A stretch of 56,566 bases of DNA from Thermoanaerobaculia bacterium (GTDB taxonomy: Bacteria > Acidobacteriota > Thermoanaerobaculia > Multivoradales > JAGPDF01). The translations under genes were made by a program, and so were the position numbers. The notes beneath the pieces were generated by a model. It ran no database searches. It was not told where the DNA came from and saw only the letters and a program-made list of their open reading frames with translations. Positions 26,175 to 35,223 of the stretch are shown here, in pieces. Numbering within the stretch: the stretch's first letter is position 1; each line of letters begins with the position of its first letter. Where the stretch lies: positions 1 to 56,566 of the forward strand of contig JAIOJQ010000385.1 in the NCBI GenBank assembly GCA_019911865.1. The letters are read 5' to 3'.

Positions 26175-27124
26175 GCACGCTCCGGGTCCTGGGCGGCGAG
26201 TCGCTCGAGCTCGGCGGTCAAGGCGGGCTCGAAGTCCTTGGGCTCGTCGGGGGACGGGATGCCGAGCTGCTCGAACAGGACCGTGGCGAGCCGGACGGGG
26301 ACCCTGCCGAGCGTGACGTGGGCGCCGAGGTTCGCCGGACCGACTCGGGATCCAGGTGCACGCTTGGCGGCCGAGTTTTCGGCCCGGGCCAGGCCTTGGG
26401 GGCTCAGGTAGCGGGGCTCCGGAGCGTCAAGCGCGGTGCCGCTCTTCCTGGCTTCACGCCAGGCAGCGAGCGAGCGGTCGAAGTTCCGGAGGATGCGACT
26501 CTGCTGCTCGGGTTTCAGGCGCGAAAAGGTGAGCGCCGCCTCGAAGGTCTCGAAGAGGCGACGCTCGAAGGCGGACCGCATGAAGCGCGTCCCATCCTCC
26601 TTCGAGTCGGGATCGACACCCTGGCGGGGAACGGGATGGAGCGCGAGCAGCTTCGAGACCCGGCTCTCGCTGATGCCGATCTGCTCGGCGAGCTGCCGCT
26701 GGGTGCGCTCCGGGTGGAGCGCGAGGGCCTTGCGGCAATGGCGGGCCACGTCGTAGAAGTCGAGACCGCGCCGCGCCGTGTTCTCGGCCAGGTTCCAGGC
26801 CATTCGAGCGAACAGGTCACGCTCGAACTGCTCGGAGACGATGGCGCGGATCGACTTCCATCCGAGCCGGGTCGCGGCTCGAAAGCGTCGCTCCCCCGAG
26901 ACGATCTGGTAGTGGCCTTCGGATTCCGGATGCGCAATGACGAGGATCGGTGTCTGGAGACCCAAGGCGGCAAGGCTCTTGGCCAGGTCGTCCACCCGGT
27001 TGGCCTCGTCGTCGGAGATGGTCTCCTTGCCGATCCGCGTGCGGGCCTGCCTTTCGTCCGGATGAATTCGGTCGAGCGGAAGTTCGCGGATCTCGACTTC
27101 GGCGGCAGTCGCGGCCTTGCTCAT
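26171..27124 (-). CDS. parB: ParB/KorB-like N-terminal-domain protein
   Basis: ELPLDRIHPDERQARTRI...LAKSLAALGLQTPILV...YQIVSGERRFRAATRLGW is the ParB/Srx box. An HTH-like segment (TQRQLAEQIGISESRVSKLL) follows. Confidence 0.85.
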   Translation of the reverse strand: MSKAATAAEVEIRELPLDRIHPDERQARTRIGKETISDDEANRVDDLAKSLAALGLQTPILVIAHPESEGHYQIVSGERRFRAATRLGWKSIRAIVSEQFERDLFARMAWNLAENTARRGLDFYDVARHCRKALALHPERTQRQLAEQIGISESRVSKLLALHPVPRQGVDPDSKEDGTRFMRSAFERRLFETFEAALTFSRLKPEQQSRILRNFDRSLAAWREARKSGTALDAPEPRYLSPQGLARAENSAAKRAPGSRVGPANLGAHVTLGRVPVRLATVLFEQLGIPSPDEPKDFEPALTAELERLAAQDPERA

Positions 27125-28728
27125 CGCAGCTGTACTTCCCGAGGCAGCAGCACCGGCTCGCCCTGGCGCGTGTCGACGTAGGTGCCGGGAAGGGCCATGT
27201 CGGCGGTCACCTGGACGGTGAAACCGTAGCCGTGCCGGATCGTGAGGGTCGGCGGGATGTTCGAGTTGCGGCGCAGCAGCTCCGAGGCCGCCCGGTGGAA
27301 CTCTTGGGCGACTGCGAGGCTGGTGATCTCGGACGGCGAGAGGCTCTGCGCCCCGAGAATGCCGCCCGCGCTGGTAGTGCCGTCATCGTCGGTGGCGATC
27401 TGGTAGCCGGCGGAGATGGCCGACAAAAGCAGGGCGTGACCGAAGACCTTGAAGAAGTGGTAGTTGACGCGGTCGCGAAGGCCTGAGGCTCCGACCAGGT
27501 CGGCTCCGGGCATCCCCTCGAGCGAAAGGGAGCGACCGTCCGGAAAGAGGATGCGGTTCCAGGCCACCAGAAGCCGCTCCTGCCCGGCAACGAGTCGGCT
27601 CGCGTACTCACCGATCAAGCGCGAACCCTGTGGGATCAGCAGGTGACGCCCGCTCGCCGAGTCGTAGACGTCGCGGGCGACCAGGGCCCGGGTCTGGCCC
27701 GGCAGGTCCGAGTTGATGGCCGTCTCGAGCACGGCGGGGATCAAGGTGCCCTGCTGGATGAGGTAGCGCGTCGTCGGAGCGACGACCGGGTTTTCGAGCA
27801 CCGGCGCGCCGCCGTCGGCCGAGAGCCAGCCGTCGCCATGTCGTCGTGCTCCGCCGCGACCCCCGCCCGCATACGAGGCCGCAACCGGGCCGCTCGCAGA
27901 GGCTGCTTGCACGCTCGCCGGTGCGCCGGGCACATAGACGCTTGCCGCCGGAGGCGCGCTGTCCGGGGCGGCCTGGCCGAGCTGGGGGGCATAGGCCGAG
28001 CTCGCCAGCGAGGTGGCGCCGAGCACCTGGTTGGAAAGTCGCTCGCGGACCTGCCGCTGCAGGTCCTGGATGCCGAGCGGGTCGTTGGAATCGCGCTCCG
28101 CGCGCGCTCCAGATTGCCGCCGGGCCGATCTGGTCCGCGAGGCATCGCCCCACCCGTCGGGCGTGATGGCGGACTCGAGCGCCTTCTGGAGCGGATCCGG
28201 TCCGCCGTGGCGCTCGTTGTAGGCCGCCTGCCGCTCAGCCTCGCGCTCGGCGACCAACTGGGTCAGCCGGGGGTCGTTCTCGAAGGCGACATCCCGGGCG
28301 TTGCGCGCAGGGGCAACCTCCACCCCGACCGAGCCCGCCAGCGAGCCTCTGGGCTCGAGGTTCGCCGACAGTCGGGCCCGCTCGCGCTCGAGCTCCAGGG
28401 AGGTATAACGAGCGCGGCTGTCGTCGAGCGGGGCGCCCGTGTACGTCTTCTTCTCCTGGCGCTCCTGGTCGCGGCTCGGGCCGCTGAAGGCCACGGCCCA
28501 GGCGAGGATCCCGAACAGGACGAGAGCGGCCACCAGGACGCCGCGATTGGTGCGAGGCGTGCGCGGGGGAGCCTGTCGGACCGTGCCTTCGAGTGAGCCC
28601 GTGCCTTCCATCACACGATCCTTGGGCTGCGCTCGGGTGTGGTCCAAGGTGTGGTCGAGCCCTGGATCGGCCCCCTCACCTTCGGGCCGAGCGGCTCCCG
28701 GCTTGCCGGAGTACTTGCCGAACCACAT
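27121..28728 (-). CDS. trbI: TrbI/VirB10
   Basis: An N-terminal TM segment and a Pro/Ala-rich linker are followed by the conserved C-terminal domain IPAVLETAINSDLPGQTRALVARDVYDS...LIPQGSRLIGEY...RILFPDGRSLSLEGMPGADLVGASGL. Confidence 0.9.
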   Translation of the reverse strand: MWFGKYSGKPGAARPEGEGADPGLDHTLDHTRAQPKDRVMEGTGSLEGTVRQAPPRTPRTNRGVLVAALVLFGILAWAVAFSGPSRDQERQEKKTYTGAPLDDSRARYTSLELERERARLSANLEPRGSLAGSVGVEVAPARNARDVAFENDPRLTQLVAEREAERQAAYNERHGGPDPLQKALESAITPDGWGDASRTRSARRQSGARAERDSNDPLGIQDLQRQVRERLSNQVLGATSLASSAYAPQLGQAAPDSAPPAASVYVPGAPASVQAASASGPVAASYAGGGRGGARRHGDGWLSADGGAPVLENPVVAPTTRYLIQQGTLIPAVLETAINSDLPGQTRALVARDVYDSASGRHLLIPQGSRLIGEYASRLVAGQERLLVAWNRILFPDGRSLSLEGMPGADLVGASGLRDRVNYHFFKVFGHALLLSAISAGYQIATDDDGTTSAGGILGAQSLSPSEITSLAVAQEFHRAASELLRRNSNIPPTLTIRHGYGFTVQVTADMALPGTYVDTRQGEPVLLPREVQLR

Positions 28729-28734
28729 GGCCGC

Positions 28735-29727
28735 TTACCGACCGCCCGGATAGTTGCGGTTGACGAGCTTCAACTGGCTCTTGCTTCCTCCTACGCCCGA
28801 AGTCAGCCAGATCTCGCGGTAGATGCCGTCGATCTTGAGCCAGCGGCCGTCGACGAGGCGGAAGTTCGGCAGGATCGACTGCTTCTCGTTCGCGCCCACG
28901 GCCAGCACGCCGGGCAGCTCGAGCGCAGTACGATTAGCGGGCAGGCGAAGGAAGGTATGCGCCCCGTCGTCGAAGACCTGGTCCGGAAGCCACGGAGACT
29001 TCCTGTTGCCACCGACCTTGTAGCTGAAATTGACGTTGGACAGATCGGTGGTGACCGTGTGCTCCTCGATCTGCGCGGCGTCAGCCCTCGCCGCCGCTTG
29101 CTCGGCCGCGAGGCGGCGCCACTCGGCAAGCATCGATTCGGGGTAGTAGAAAGAGAGCCTCTGAGGGTCAGAGGTCAGGCCTCCCTGCTCGGTCGAACGC
29201 AGCTCCACGAGGTAGGTCCGCCCCTGATCGGTGTGAAGAATCAGGTTCGTGCGCAGGTGCGGCGCGAAAGCCTTGATGAAGGCGTGCTGGACGCGGCCAG
29301 CTCCGGTGCCCGAGAAGGCCGGCTCCACGCTCCAGCGTTCGGTATCCCCGAGGGCGATGCCTAGAACCGTCTCGCCGCGGTCGAGCGCGATGTCACAGAC
29401 GGTGAGCACCGGGCACTCGACACGGGCCTCGCCCTGACCGTATGGCAGCAGGGTGTAGCCGTTGGCGAGCACGGTCTCCGGCATCTTCCCCGCAGAGCGT
29501 CGGCCGCTGAGGACCGCCTTTTCGACGACGTCGGGCACATCCGGCAAGTCCGGCGTGGACAGTTCCTCGCCCATCTCAGCGCCGGCGGCGGCGACGTCTT
29601 CGGGCCCTGCCTCCTGGGCTGCGCGCTCGAGCTCGGCAGCGATTGAAGCACCGGGCGAATCGCCATGGGCCGGCGCGAGGGCGAGGAAGGGCAGCAAGCA
29701 AAGAGCGGCGACGCGGCGAATCAACAT
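28735..29727 (-). CDS. trbG: TrbG/VirB9
   Basis: It has a signal peptide (MLIRRVAALCLLPFLALAPAHG) and a two-domain VirB9-like sequence (…NVNFSYKVGGNRKSPWLPDQVFDDGAHTFLRLP…). It sits between the trbF and trbI homologues. Confidence 0.85.
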   Translation of the reverse strand: MLIRRVAALCLLPFLALAPAHGDSPGASIAAELERAAQEAGPEDVAAAGAEMGEELSTPDLPDVPDVVEKAVLSGRRSAGKMPETVLANGYTLLPYGQGEARVECPVLTVCDIALDRGETVLGIALGDTERWSVEPAFSGTGAGRVQHAFIKAFAPHLRTNLILHTDQGRTYLVELRSTEQGGLTSDPQRLSFYYPESMLAEWRRLAAEQAAARADAAQIEEHTVTTDLSNVNFSYKVGGNRKSPWLPDQVFDDGAHTFLRLPANRTALELPGVLAVGANEKQSILPNFRLVDGRWLKIDGIYREIWLTSGVGGSKSQLKLVNRNYPGGR

Positions 29728-29781
29728 GCGGCTTCTCCTGGGTGAGAGGGAATCAGGGCGATGGGTGTTCGGAAACGTCGG

Positions 29782-30495
29782 TCAAAGATCCTTGAGCCGA
29801 GTCCAGTTGACGTCGGTGATGTAGAGGCCGAGCGGGTTCTCCGCGAGGGTGTCGGCGGACTCGACCCGGCGCAGCTCGGCCCGCAAGGCGGCCCGCCACT
29901 GCGATCTCTGGCCGCTCGCCGATCCGGCCCCGCCGCGAGTCTCGACCCACTCGATCTGCCAGCTGTCCTCGCCAAGCCGGAGGACGGACTCGACCTGGAT
30001 CTGGACGCGAAACTCGTTCGCGTAAGGGTTGTTTTCGCGCAGGTGCTGGTTGACGACGCCTTCGGCCGACTGGGTGAGATAGGCGTAGCTGCGTTCGATC
30101 AGAACCCGCTGCGCAGACGGATCGGAGACGACCGAGCGGGTATTCCAGATCCAGTGGGAAAGCAGCGACCGGATGAGGCGTTCGTCGAGCTTCTTGAGTT
30201 GCTCGGCCGGACCGAAGTTGGCCACCGCGCCGAACTTGTCGACTTCGACCACGTAGGGCACGACCTTGGACTGCCGGCCCAGAAGAAACAGCGCAGCCGT
30301 CTCGAAGAAGACGAGGACGAGCAGGCTCACCGCGAGAAGCTGCCAGTTGCGCCGCGCCAGCACGAGGTTGCCGAACCGGTTGTCCCAGCCGTGGCGAGCG
30401 CGATGAAAACGCCGCTCGTTCTGCTCGGCGATCGACTGGGAGGCCGAGGCACGGAAGGTCTTGTCGGGGGCAGCAGCGGCGCGGGCGGCGCTCAC
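29782..30495 (-). CDS. trbF: TrbF/VirB8
   Basis: …RRNWQLLAVSLLVLVFFETAALFLL (TM) is followed by SKVVPYVVEVDKFGAV… and an NTF2-like C-terminus. Confidence 0.85.
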   Translation of the reverse strand: MSAARAAAAPDKTFRASASQSIAEQNERRFHRARHGWDNRFGNLVLARRNWQLLAVSLLVLVFFETAALFLLGRQSKVVPYVVEVDKFGAVANFGPAEQLKKLDERLIRSLLSHWIWNTRSVVSDPSAQRVLIERSYAYLTQSAEGVVNQHLRENNPYANEFRVQIQVESVLRLGEDSWQIEWVETRGGAGSASGQRSQWRAALRAELRRVESADTLAENPLGLYITDVNWTRLKDL

Positions 30496-30926
30496 GAGCG
30501 GGCTCCTCCAGAGAGAGGTTCAGAGGATGGGGGAAGAGGAAGCGTCGGTTCGATCTCGGGCTGCGGGGCGCTCGAAGGCCGCCCCGCGAGAGCGTCGGCT
30601 TCCATCTGCCAGACCGTGTGCGCGATCTGAACTCGCCGGCAGTTGACCTGCTCGATGGATGCGGCCGCACACGCCGCGCGGGCGGCCGACCAGGTCGCGC
30701 TCTGCTGGCTCGCCTGCTGCCGCCAGAAGGGGATGTCGAAGCGCCGAGACGGCACCTGCGAGGCCAGCGAGAGAATCGGATCGGTATTGGCCTGCTCGCG
30801 CAGGTGCTCCTGGCGAAAGTGCCGGCCAAAGACCAGGGCGACGAAGATCATGGAGGGAAGCAGCGCCAGCGCCCAGTGCCGGGCGCGGAGCTTTCCGTCC
30901 GCGAGGTCCGAGCGGATCTCACCCAC
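30492..30926 (-). CDS. Small single-pass membrane protein between trbE and trbF (entry-exclusion/TrbK-like position)
   Basis: GTG at 30926 with GGAGGAA 7 nt upstream; it overlaps the trbE stop by 8 nt. The TM segment is WALALLPSMIFVALVF, followed by a Cys-containing periplasmic tail. The longer track ORF (to 31028) overlaps trbE. Confidence 0.5.
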   Translation of the reverse strand: MGEIRSDLADGKLRARHWALALLPSMIFVALVFGRHFRQEHLREQANTDPILSLASQVPSRRFDIPFWRQQASQQSATWSAARAACAAASIEQVNCRRVQIAHTVWQMEADALAGRPSSAPQPEIEPTLPLPPSSEPLSGGARS

Positions 30927-33435
30927 GAGGGCTTCCTCCCGCGGCGAAGGCAAGGGGCGCAACCTCGGCCGGAGTGTCCAGACAGAGCCCCATGGCCTCC
31001 ACCCAAGGCTCGATCCAGGCTTCTCCATAGCGCCGGAAGAGATCCCGGGCGAGCTGGACCCTTTCGGGCGAGGAGGCGGTCGTGAAGGCGAGCGCCAGCG
31101 GCCCGAGCTTGAGGTCGAGCAGACGCGAGCCCTCTGGGCTCAGGAGGTAGTAGTGCTTCTTGGGCGTCGCGGTGGCCAGGATTTCGCGCTGCCGGTCGTT
31201 GAGGCCGAGCGCCGTGTAGTGCTCGGCGCCCTGGGGCGAGAGCGCCTGCGGGTTCGGAAGCAGGATCTTCGTCGGGCAGCTCTCGAGCAGCGCCGCCTTG
31301 TGGGGCGAGTGGAAAACGTCTGCGAGTGACTGCGTGGCCATGACCACGGCGGCGTTCTTCTTGCGGTACTCCTTGAGCGCCCTGCGTAGCCAGGTGGCAA
31401 AGAGGTCGTGCAGCAGAAAGGTCCAGCACTCGTCGACGACGATGAGAGTCGGGCGGCCGTCGAGCTTCGCCTCGAGCCGGTGAAAGAGGTAGAGCAAGGC
31501 CGGCAGAGTCGCTCGCGGCCCGGCCTCCATCAGGTGGCTCATCTCGAACGTCAGGAACCGGGCATCGGCGAGCTGATCGTGATCCGCGTCGAACAGGGCG
31601 CCAAAAGCCTCGCCGGCAAGGTACGGGCGAATGGCTTCCCGCAAGTCGAAGTCCTGGACCTTCGAGGCGAACTCGGTGAGGGTCGGAGTCGGTGAGGAGG
31701 CCATGAGGTCCAGCGCGCGCGAAATCGCACGCCGTCGCTCCGGCGTGACGGCAGCATCCGAGCCGCCCTGGATTGCAAAGAGCTGTTCGAGCCACTCACC
31801 GGCCCAGGCGCGCTCGTTGGGGTCGGCGATGCCCTGAAGCGGCGCGAAAGCGAGCCTGTCGACTCCCGAGAAGACGTCGTAGTGCGTGCCGCCGCAGGCA
31901 AGCGTCGGAACATAGGCGCTGTAGCCCTTGTCGAAACAGAGAACACGGGCGCTCGGATAGCGCAGCCACGACAGCTCGAGGAAACACAGCAGCGAGGACT
32001 TGCCCGTGCCCGTAGGGCCGAGAATCAGGCTGTGGCCGACGTCGCCGCCGGCGCCGCCAGCCTCAGCGCCTCCGCCCGTGTGCAGGTTCAAGAAGAAGGG
32101 CGTCTCCCCCGTCGAATAGGTCACCGCGAGGCAGCTCGAGCCCTTGGGCATCAAGGGAGAGGGGTTTCGGGTATTGCCTGCCCAAAGCGCCGTGAGGGGG
32201 AGCAGGTCGGCGAGCGTTGAGGAGCCGATCGGTGGCTGGCGAACGTTCTGGTAGGTGTGGCCGGGAAGGCTTCCCAGGAAGGCTTCGACGGCGTTTACCG
32301 TTTCGAGCCGGGCGCCGAATCCCTTGGACCGCAGCTCCTTGATGACCAGCGTTGCGGCTTCGTCGGCGCGACGGGATTCGGTGTCGTGAACGACGACGAC
32401 GTTGGTCAGGAATCCGTAGCGCTGGGTTCCCGAAGCGTTGTCGGCGACCGCCGAATCCACCGACTCGACGAGCTTGACCGCGTCGAGGTTGGCGGCGTGG
32501 CGGGAAAAGGTGGCGTTCTGCGCCGCCTGCGACTCCGAGCGCTCATAGCTCTCCTTGCTCTGCAGGATCGCCGCGAAGCCGAAGATCTGACCCTTCCAGT
32601 ACCTCCGTCGCTTCTCGAGTTCTCCGGCGGCCTCCGGGGAGTCGAGCGGCAGGAAGCGGGTGGACCACCGGCAGCGGATCGGCAGACGCCCGAGGGCATC
32701 GAGCATCGCCGGCTGGCTCTCGAAGGGCAGTCCCTCCACGCCGATGACGCGGAGGTGGTCCTGCCCGATGCGGGGCAGAAAGCCGGCCACGAAGTCCTGG
32801 TCAGCGATTCGGTAGTCGATGTACTCGCTGTAGCGGCCCAGAGTGATGGGTTGCCAGATGCCGTTCAGGGCGCCGTGCAGGTATTCGAGGAGGCCGTCAG
32901 AGTCGAGGCGCCGCGTTGCGAGCACGGGTCGAAGCTGCTCGCCGAATTCCGCGGCCTTGGTCTCGAAGACTTCGAGCAAGCGCCCCCAGTCCGTGGCCGC
33001 CGCGCCGTCGTAGCCCGAAACGAAGAGTTTGCCGAGCCGGGTCTCGACCTGCTTGGGCGGTGACCAGGTCAGGGCCAGGTAGAAAACCGTCTCGAAACTC
33101 GCTCCGCTTGCGAACTCCGCAGCGCGCTCCAGTTCGATGGAGCGCGAGACGGGATCGAGAAATCGACCGCGCCCGGGATATTCGAGAATCGGTCGGCGAA
33201 CGGCGTCGACGTGAAGTGCCGAGTCCGAGCCCAGCAGAAGCAGCGCTCGGTTGACCTGGGAGATGAGTGCCTCGAGCTCTTCGGGCGTGGCCGAGTCGAG
33301 GTCTGGGCCGCGGTATTTCCAGGCTGTAAGCAGCGTGCCGTCTTTCTGAACCAGGACTCCGTCGGCGACGAAGCTGCCGTAGTTGACGAGGTCCGCGACA
33401 CCTTGCGGCTCCTGCTGGAAGTCCTTGAACCACAT
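30919..33435 (-). CDS. trbE: TrbE/VirB4 ATPase
   Basis: ORF 30919..34152 trimmed to ATG 33435 (MWFKDFQQEPQGVADLVNYGSF...), which overlaps the trbD stop (TGATG). Walker A is LILGPTGTGKSSL and Walker B is TLIVVDECW. Confidence 0.95.
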   Translation of the reverse strand: MWFKDFQQEPQGVADLVNYGSFVADGVLVQKDGTLLTAWKYRGPDLDSATPEELEALISQVNRALLLLGSDSALHVDAVRRPILEYPGRGRFLDPVSRSIELERAAEFASGASFETVFYLALTWSPPKQVETRLGKLFVSGYDGAAATDWGRLLEVFETKAAEFGEQLRPVLATRRLDSDGLLEYLHGALNGIWQPITLGRYSEYIDYRIADQDFVAGFLPRIGQDHLRVIGVEGLPFESQPAMLDALGRLPIRCRWSTRFLPLDSPEAAGELEKRRRYWKGQIFGFAAILQSKESYERSESQAAQNATFSRHAANLDAVKLVESVDSAVADNASGTQRYGFLTNVVVVHDTESRRADEAATLVIKELRSKGFGARLETVNAVEAFLGSLPGHTYQNVRQPPIGSSTLADLLPLTALWAGNTRNPSPLMPKGSSCLAVTYSTGETPFFLNLHTGGGAEAGGAGGDVGHSLILGPTGTGKSSLLCFLELSWLRYPSARVLCFDKGYSAYVPTLACGGTHYDVFSGVDRLAFAPLQGIADPNERAWAGEWLEQLFAIQGGSDAAVTPERRRAISRALDLMASSPTPTLTEFASKVQDFDLREAIRPYLAGEAFGALFDADHDQLADARFLTFEMSHLMEAGPRATLPALLYLFHRLEAKLDGRPTLIVVDECWTFLLHDLFATWLRRALKEYRKKNAAVVMATQSLADVFHSPHKAALLESCPTKILLPNPQALSPQGAEHYTALGLNDRQREILATATPKKHYYLLSPEGSRLLDLKLGPLALAFTTASSPERVQLARDLFRRYGEAWIEPWVEAMGLCLDTPAEVAPLAFAAGGSPRG

Positions 33436-33797
33436 CAGAGGCGGCTCCGGAACTCCGGTACCGTCCGAGGATTGGCCCTGGTCGAGGGCCGGGCCGGATA
33501 GAAGTCCTGGTAGGGGATCGACCGGATGAAGGTACGGAACATCTGGCTGTCCTTCTTCGAGGCCAGTCGAATGCCGAAGTGGCCCCCGAGAAAGACGAGG
33601 AGGCCAAGCAGCTTCGCCCACAGAGACGGCACGCCGATCAGCAGGACGAGAAACAGCACGGCGTTGGCGCCCACCAGCTCGCGCTCGGCTCCCATGACGA
33701 GCAGCGGACGCCAGAGCCCGGCCGGAAGGGGCCGACGAGTCGAGCGCGAGCGCCGAGGCGTGGAGTCCGTGGACATCGTGGCGAGCGTGGAGACCAT
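33435..33797 (-). CDS. trbD: TrbD/VirB3
   Basis: 120 aa: …LWRPLLVMGAERELVGANAVLFLVLLIGVPSLWAKLLGLLVFLGGHFGIRLASKKD. It lies directly upstream of trbE. Confidence 0.8.
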   Translation of the reverse strand: MVSTLATMSTDSTPRRSRSTRRPLPAGLWRPLLVMGAERELVGANAVLFLVLLIGVPSLWAKLLGLLVFLGGHFGIRLASKKDSQMFRTFIRSIPYQDFYPARPSTRANPRTVPEFRSRL

Positions 33798-33866
33798 GTT
33801 CCGCGAGCGTCACGAAAGCCGGCAGCCTCGCGGGCCGGCCTTGAGTGAGGCGCTGCGGAGGACGCG

Positions 33867-34079
33867 TCAGCCTGGGAAGAGGAGAGAGACGAGGCTCGCA
33901 GCGCCCACGATCAGCGAGCCGCCGAGGATCACCTGGGCGAGCCGGCGAAGGCCCGCCGAGTTGCCCGAAAACACCCAGATGATGCCGGCGATGATGATTC
34001 CGAGGACCACCAGGGCCCGGGCGACGTTGCCGGACAAGGCGTCGATGATGCTGTTGAGAATCTGTTCGAACTCGGGCAT
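33867..34079 (-). CDS. trbC: TrbC/VirB2 pilin-family protein
   Basis: 70 aa with two hydrophobic helices (ARALVVLGIIIAGIIWVF; LAQVILGGSLIVGAASLVSLLF). It sits between trbB and trbD. Confidence 0.75.
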   Translation of the reverse strand: MPEFEQILNSIIDALSGNVARALVVLGIIIAGIIWVFSGNSAGLRRLAQVILGGSLIVGAASLVSLLFPG

Positions 34080-34164
34080 GTCCCTCTCCCCTTGTGGCGC
34101 CGGACCGTCCAGTGGCTCGGCATTGGAGGAACGTTACCCAGGGGCATAACATCTTGTCAAGCGC

Positions 34165-35223
34165 CTAGAAAACCTCCGGAGGTTCTCCCTCCTCGAGCCG
34201 GTAGGACCCGTCCTTCTCGCGCCCAGCGAGCCGGGCCACCCGCGTAACCTGGCGGCGGCCGTCCACGCGTTCGATCTGGACGATCATGTGGACTGTCATC
34301 GAGATCAGGAAACTCTGCGACGGGACGCCGGCCTCCTGCGCGGCGTTGTCGAGCCGCAGCAGGGCGAGCAGCGGGGTCTCGCCATGGATCGTCGCGGCGC
34401 CGCCGCGGTGCGTGGTCCAGGCCTTGAGCATTTCGAGTGCCTCGGCCCCGCGGACCTCGCCCACGATGATCCGGTCGGGCTTCTCGCGCATCGCCTGGTG
34501 GATCAGATGCCGCAGGAGGACCTCCGGCGGCGAAGTCCGGAGGGCTTGTACGTTGCGGGCCGGGCACTGAAGCTCCCGGACGTCCTCAGCGAGGAAGAAG
34601 CGCAGATTCGGCTCGGTGGCGACCATCTCCTGCAGGAGCGCGTTGATGAAGGTCGTCTTGCCCGCCCCCGTGTTGCCCGAGACCAGGATGTTGTCGTGCC
34701 GGCGGAGGGCCTCACGTACGGCCGAGAGGTGAGCCGGTCGAATCACTCCGGCCTCGGCGTAGTCATCGAGCGTGAAGATCCGGGCTGCGCGCTTTCTCAG
34801 GGTGATCGTCGGAGCCGTCGTGATCGGCGGCAGGATGCCGGAGATTCGCGATCCATCGAAAGGGAGCTCGGCGTTGAGGATCGGCGAGTCGGCCGTGATG
34901 CGCGTGCCGAGGTAGGTCGCGATGGTTGCCAGGGCGCTTTCGACGTTTCGGGGCTCGACCCGATCCTCGAGGTCGACGAGGCCGCGATCGAACGCATCGA
35001 ACCAGACGTGGCCGTCGGCGTTGACGCCGATGTCGGTGACGGTCGGATCTTCGAGCAGCTGGGTGATGACGAAGCCGAGCTCGCGCCGGAGCATCGACTG
35101 GATGCGTCTTTCGCGCAGCTCGGCTCCGGAAGTGGCCACGCCCCGGTCGAGCTCGGCAGGGTCGGCGGCAGAGGTCCGGGGGGCGGCAGGGTCTGGGCTC
35201 ATCGGGTCGTCCTCAAGGCACAT
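34165..35223 (-). CDS. trbB: TrbB/VirB11 secretion ATPase
   Basis: ORF 34165..35694 trimmed to ATG 35223, which overlaps the traG stop (TGATG); ATG 35202 is an alternative. Walker A is ILVSGNTGAGKTTF, and …IIVGEVRGAEALEML… is present. Confidence 0.9.
   Translation of the reverse strand: MCLEDDPMSPDPAAPRTSAADPAELDRGVATSGAELRERRIQSMLRRELGFVITQLLEDPTVTDIGVNADGHVWFDAFDRGLVDLEDRVEPRNVESALATIATYLGTRITADSPILNAELPFDGSRISGILPPITTAPTITLRKRAARIFTLDDYAEAGVIRPAHLSAVREALRRHDNILVSGNTGAGKTTFINALLQEMVATEPNLRFFLAEDVRELQCPARNVQALRTSPPEVLLRHLIHQAMREKPDRIIVGEVRGAEALEMLKAWTTHRGGAATIHGETPLLALLRLDNAAQEAGVPSQSFLISMTVHMIVQIERVDGRRQVTRVARLAGREKDGSYRLEEGEPPEVF

Noticed and set aside
33436-34152. N-terminal extensions of track ORFs: trbE to 34152, trbB to 35694, vapC to 52345, 12457..13785, yegP to 3151 and 55337..56527.
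   Set aside because: The extensions overlap upstream genes in other frames and look compositionally like junk. Internal ATG or GTG codons with SDs and stop/start overlaps give sensible gene boundaries.
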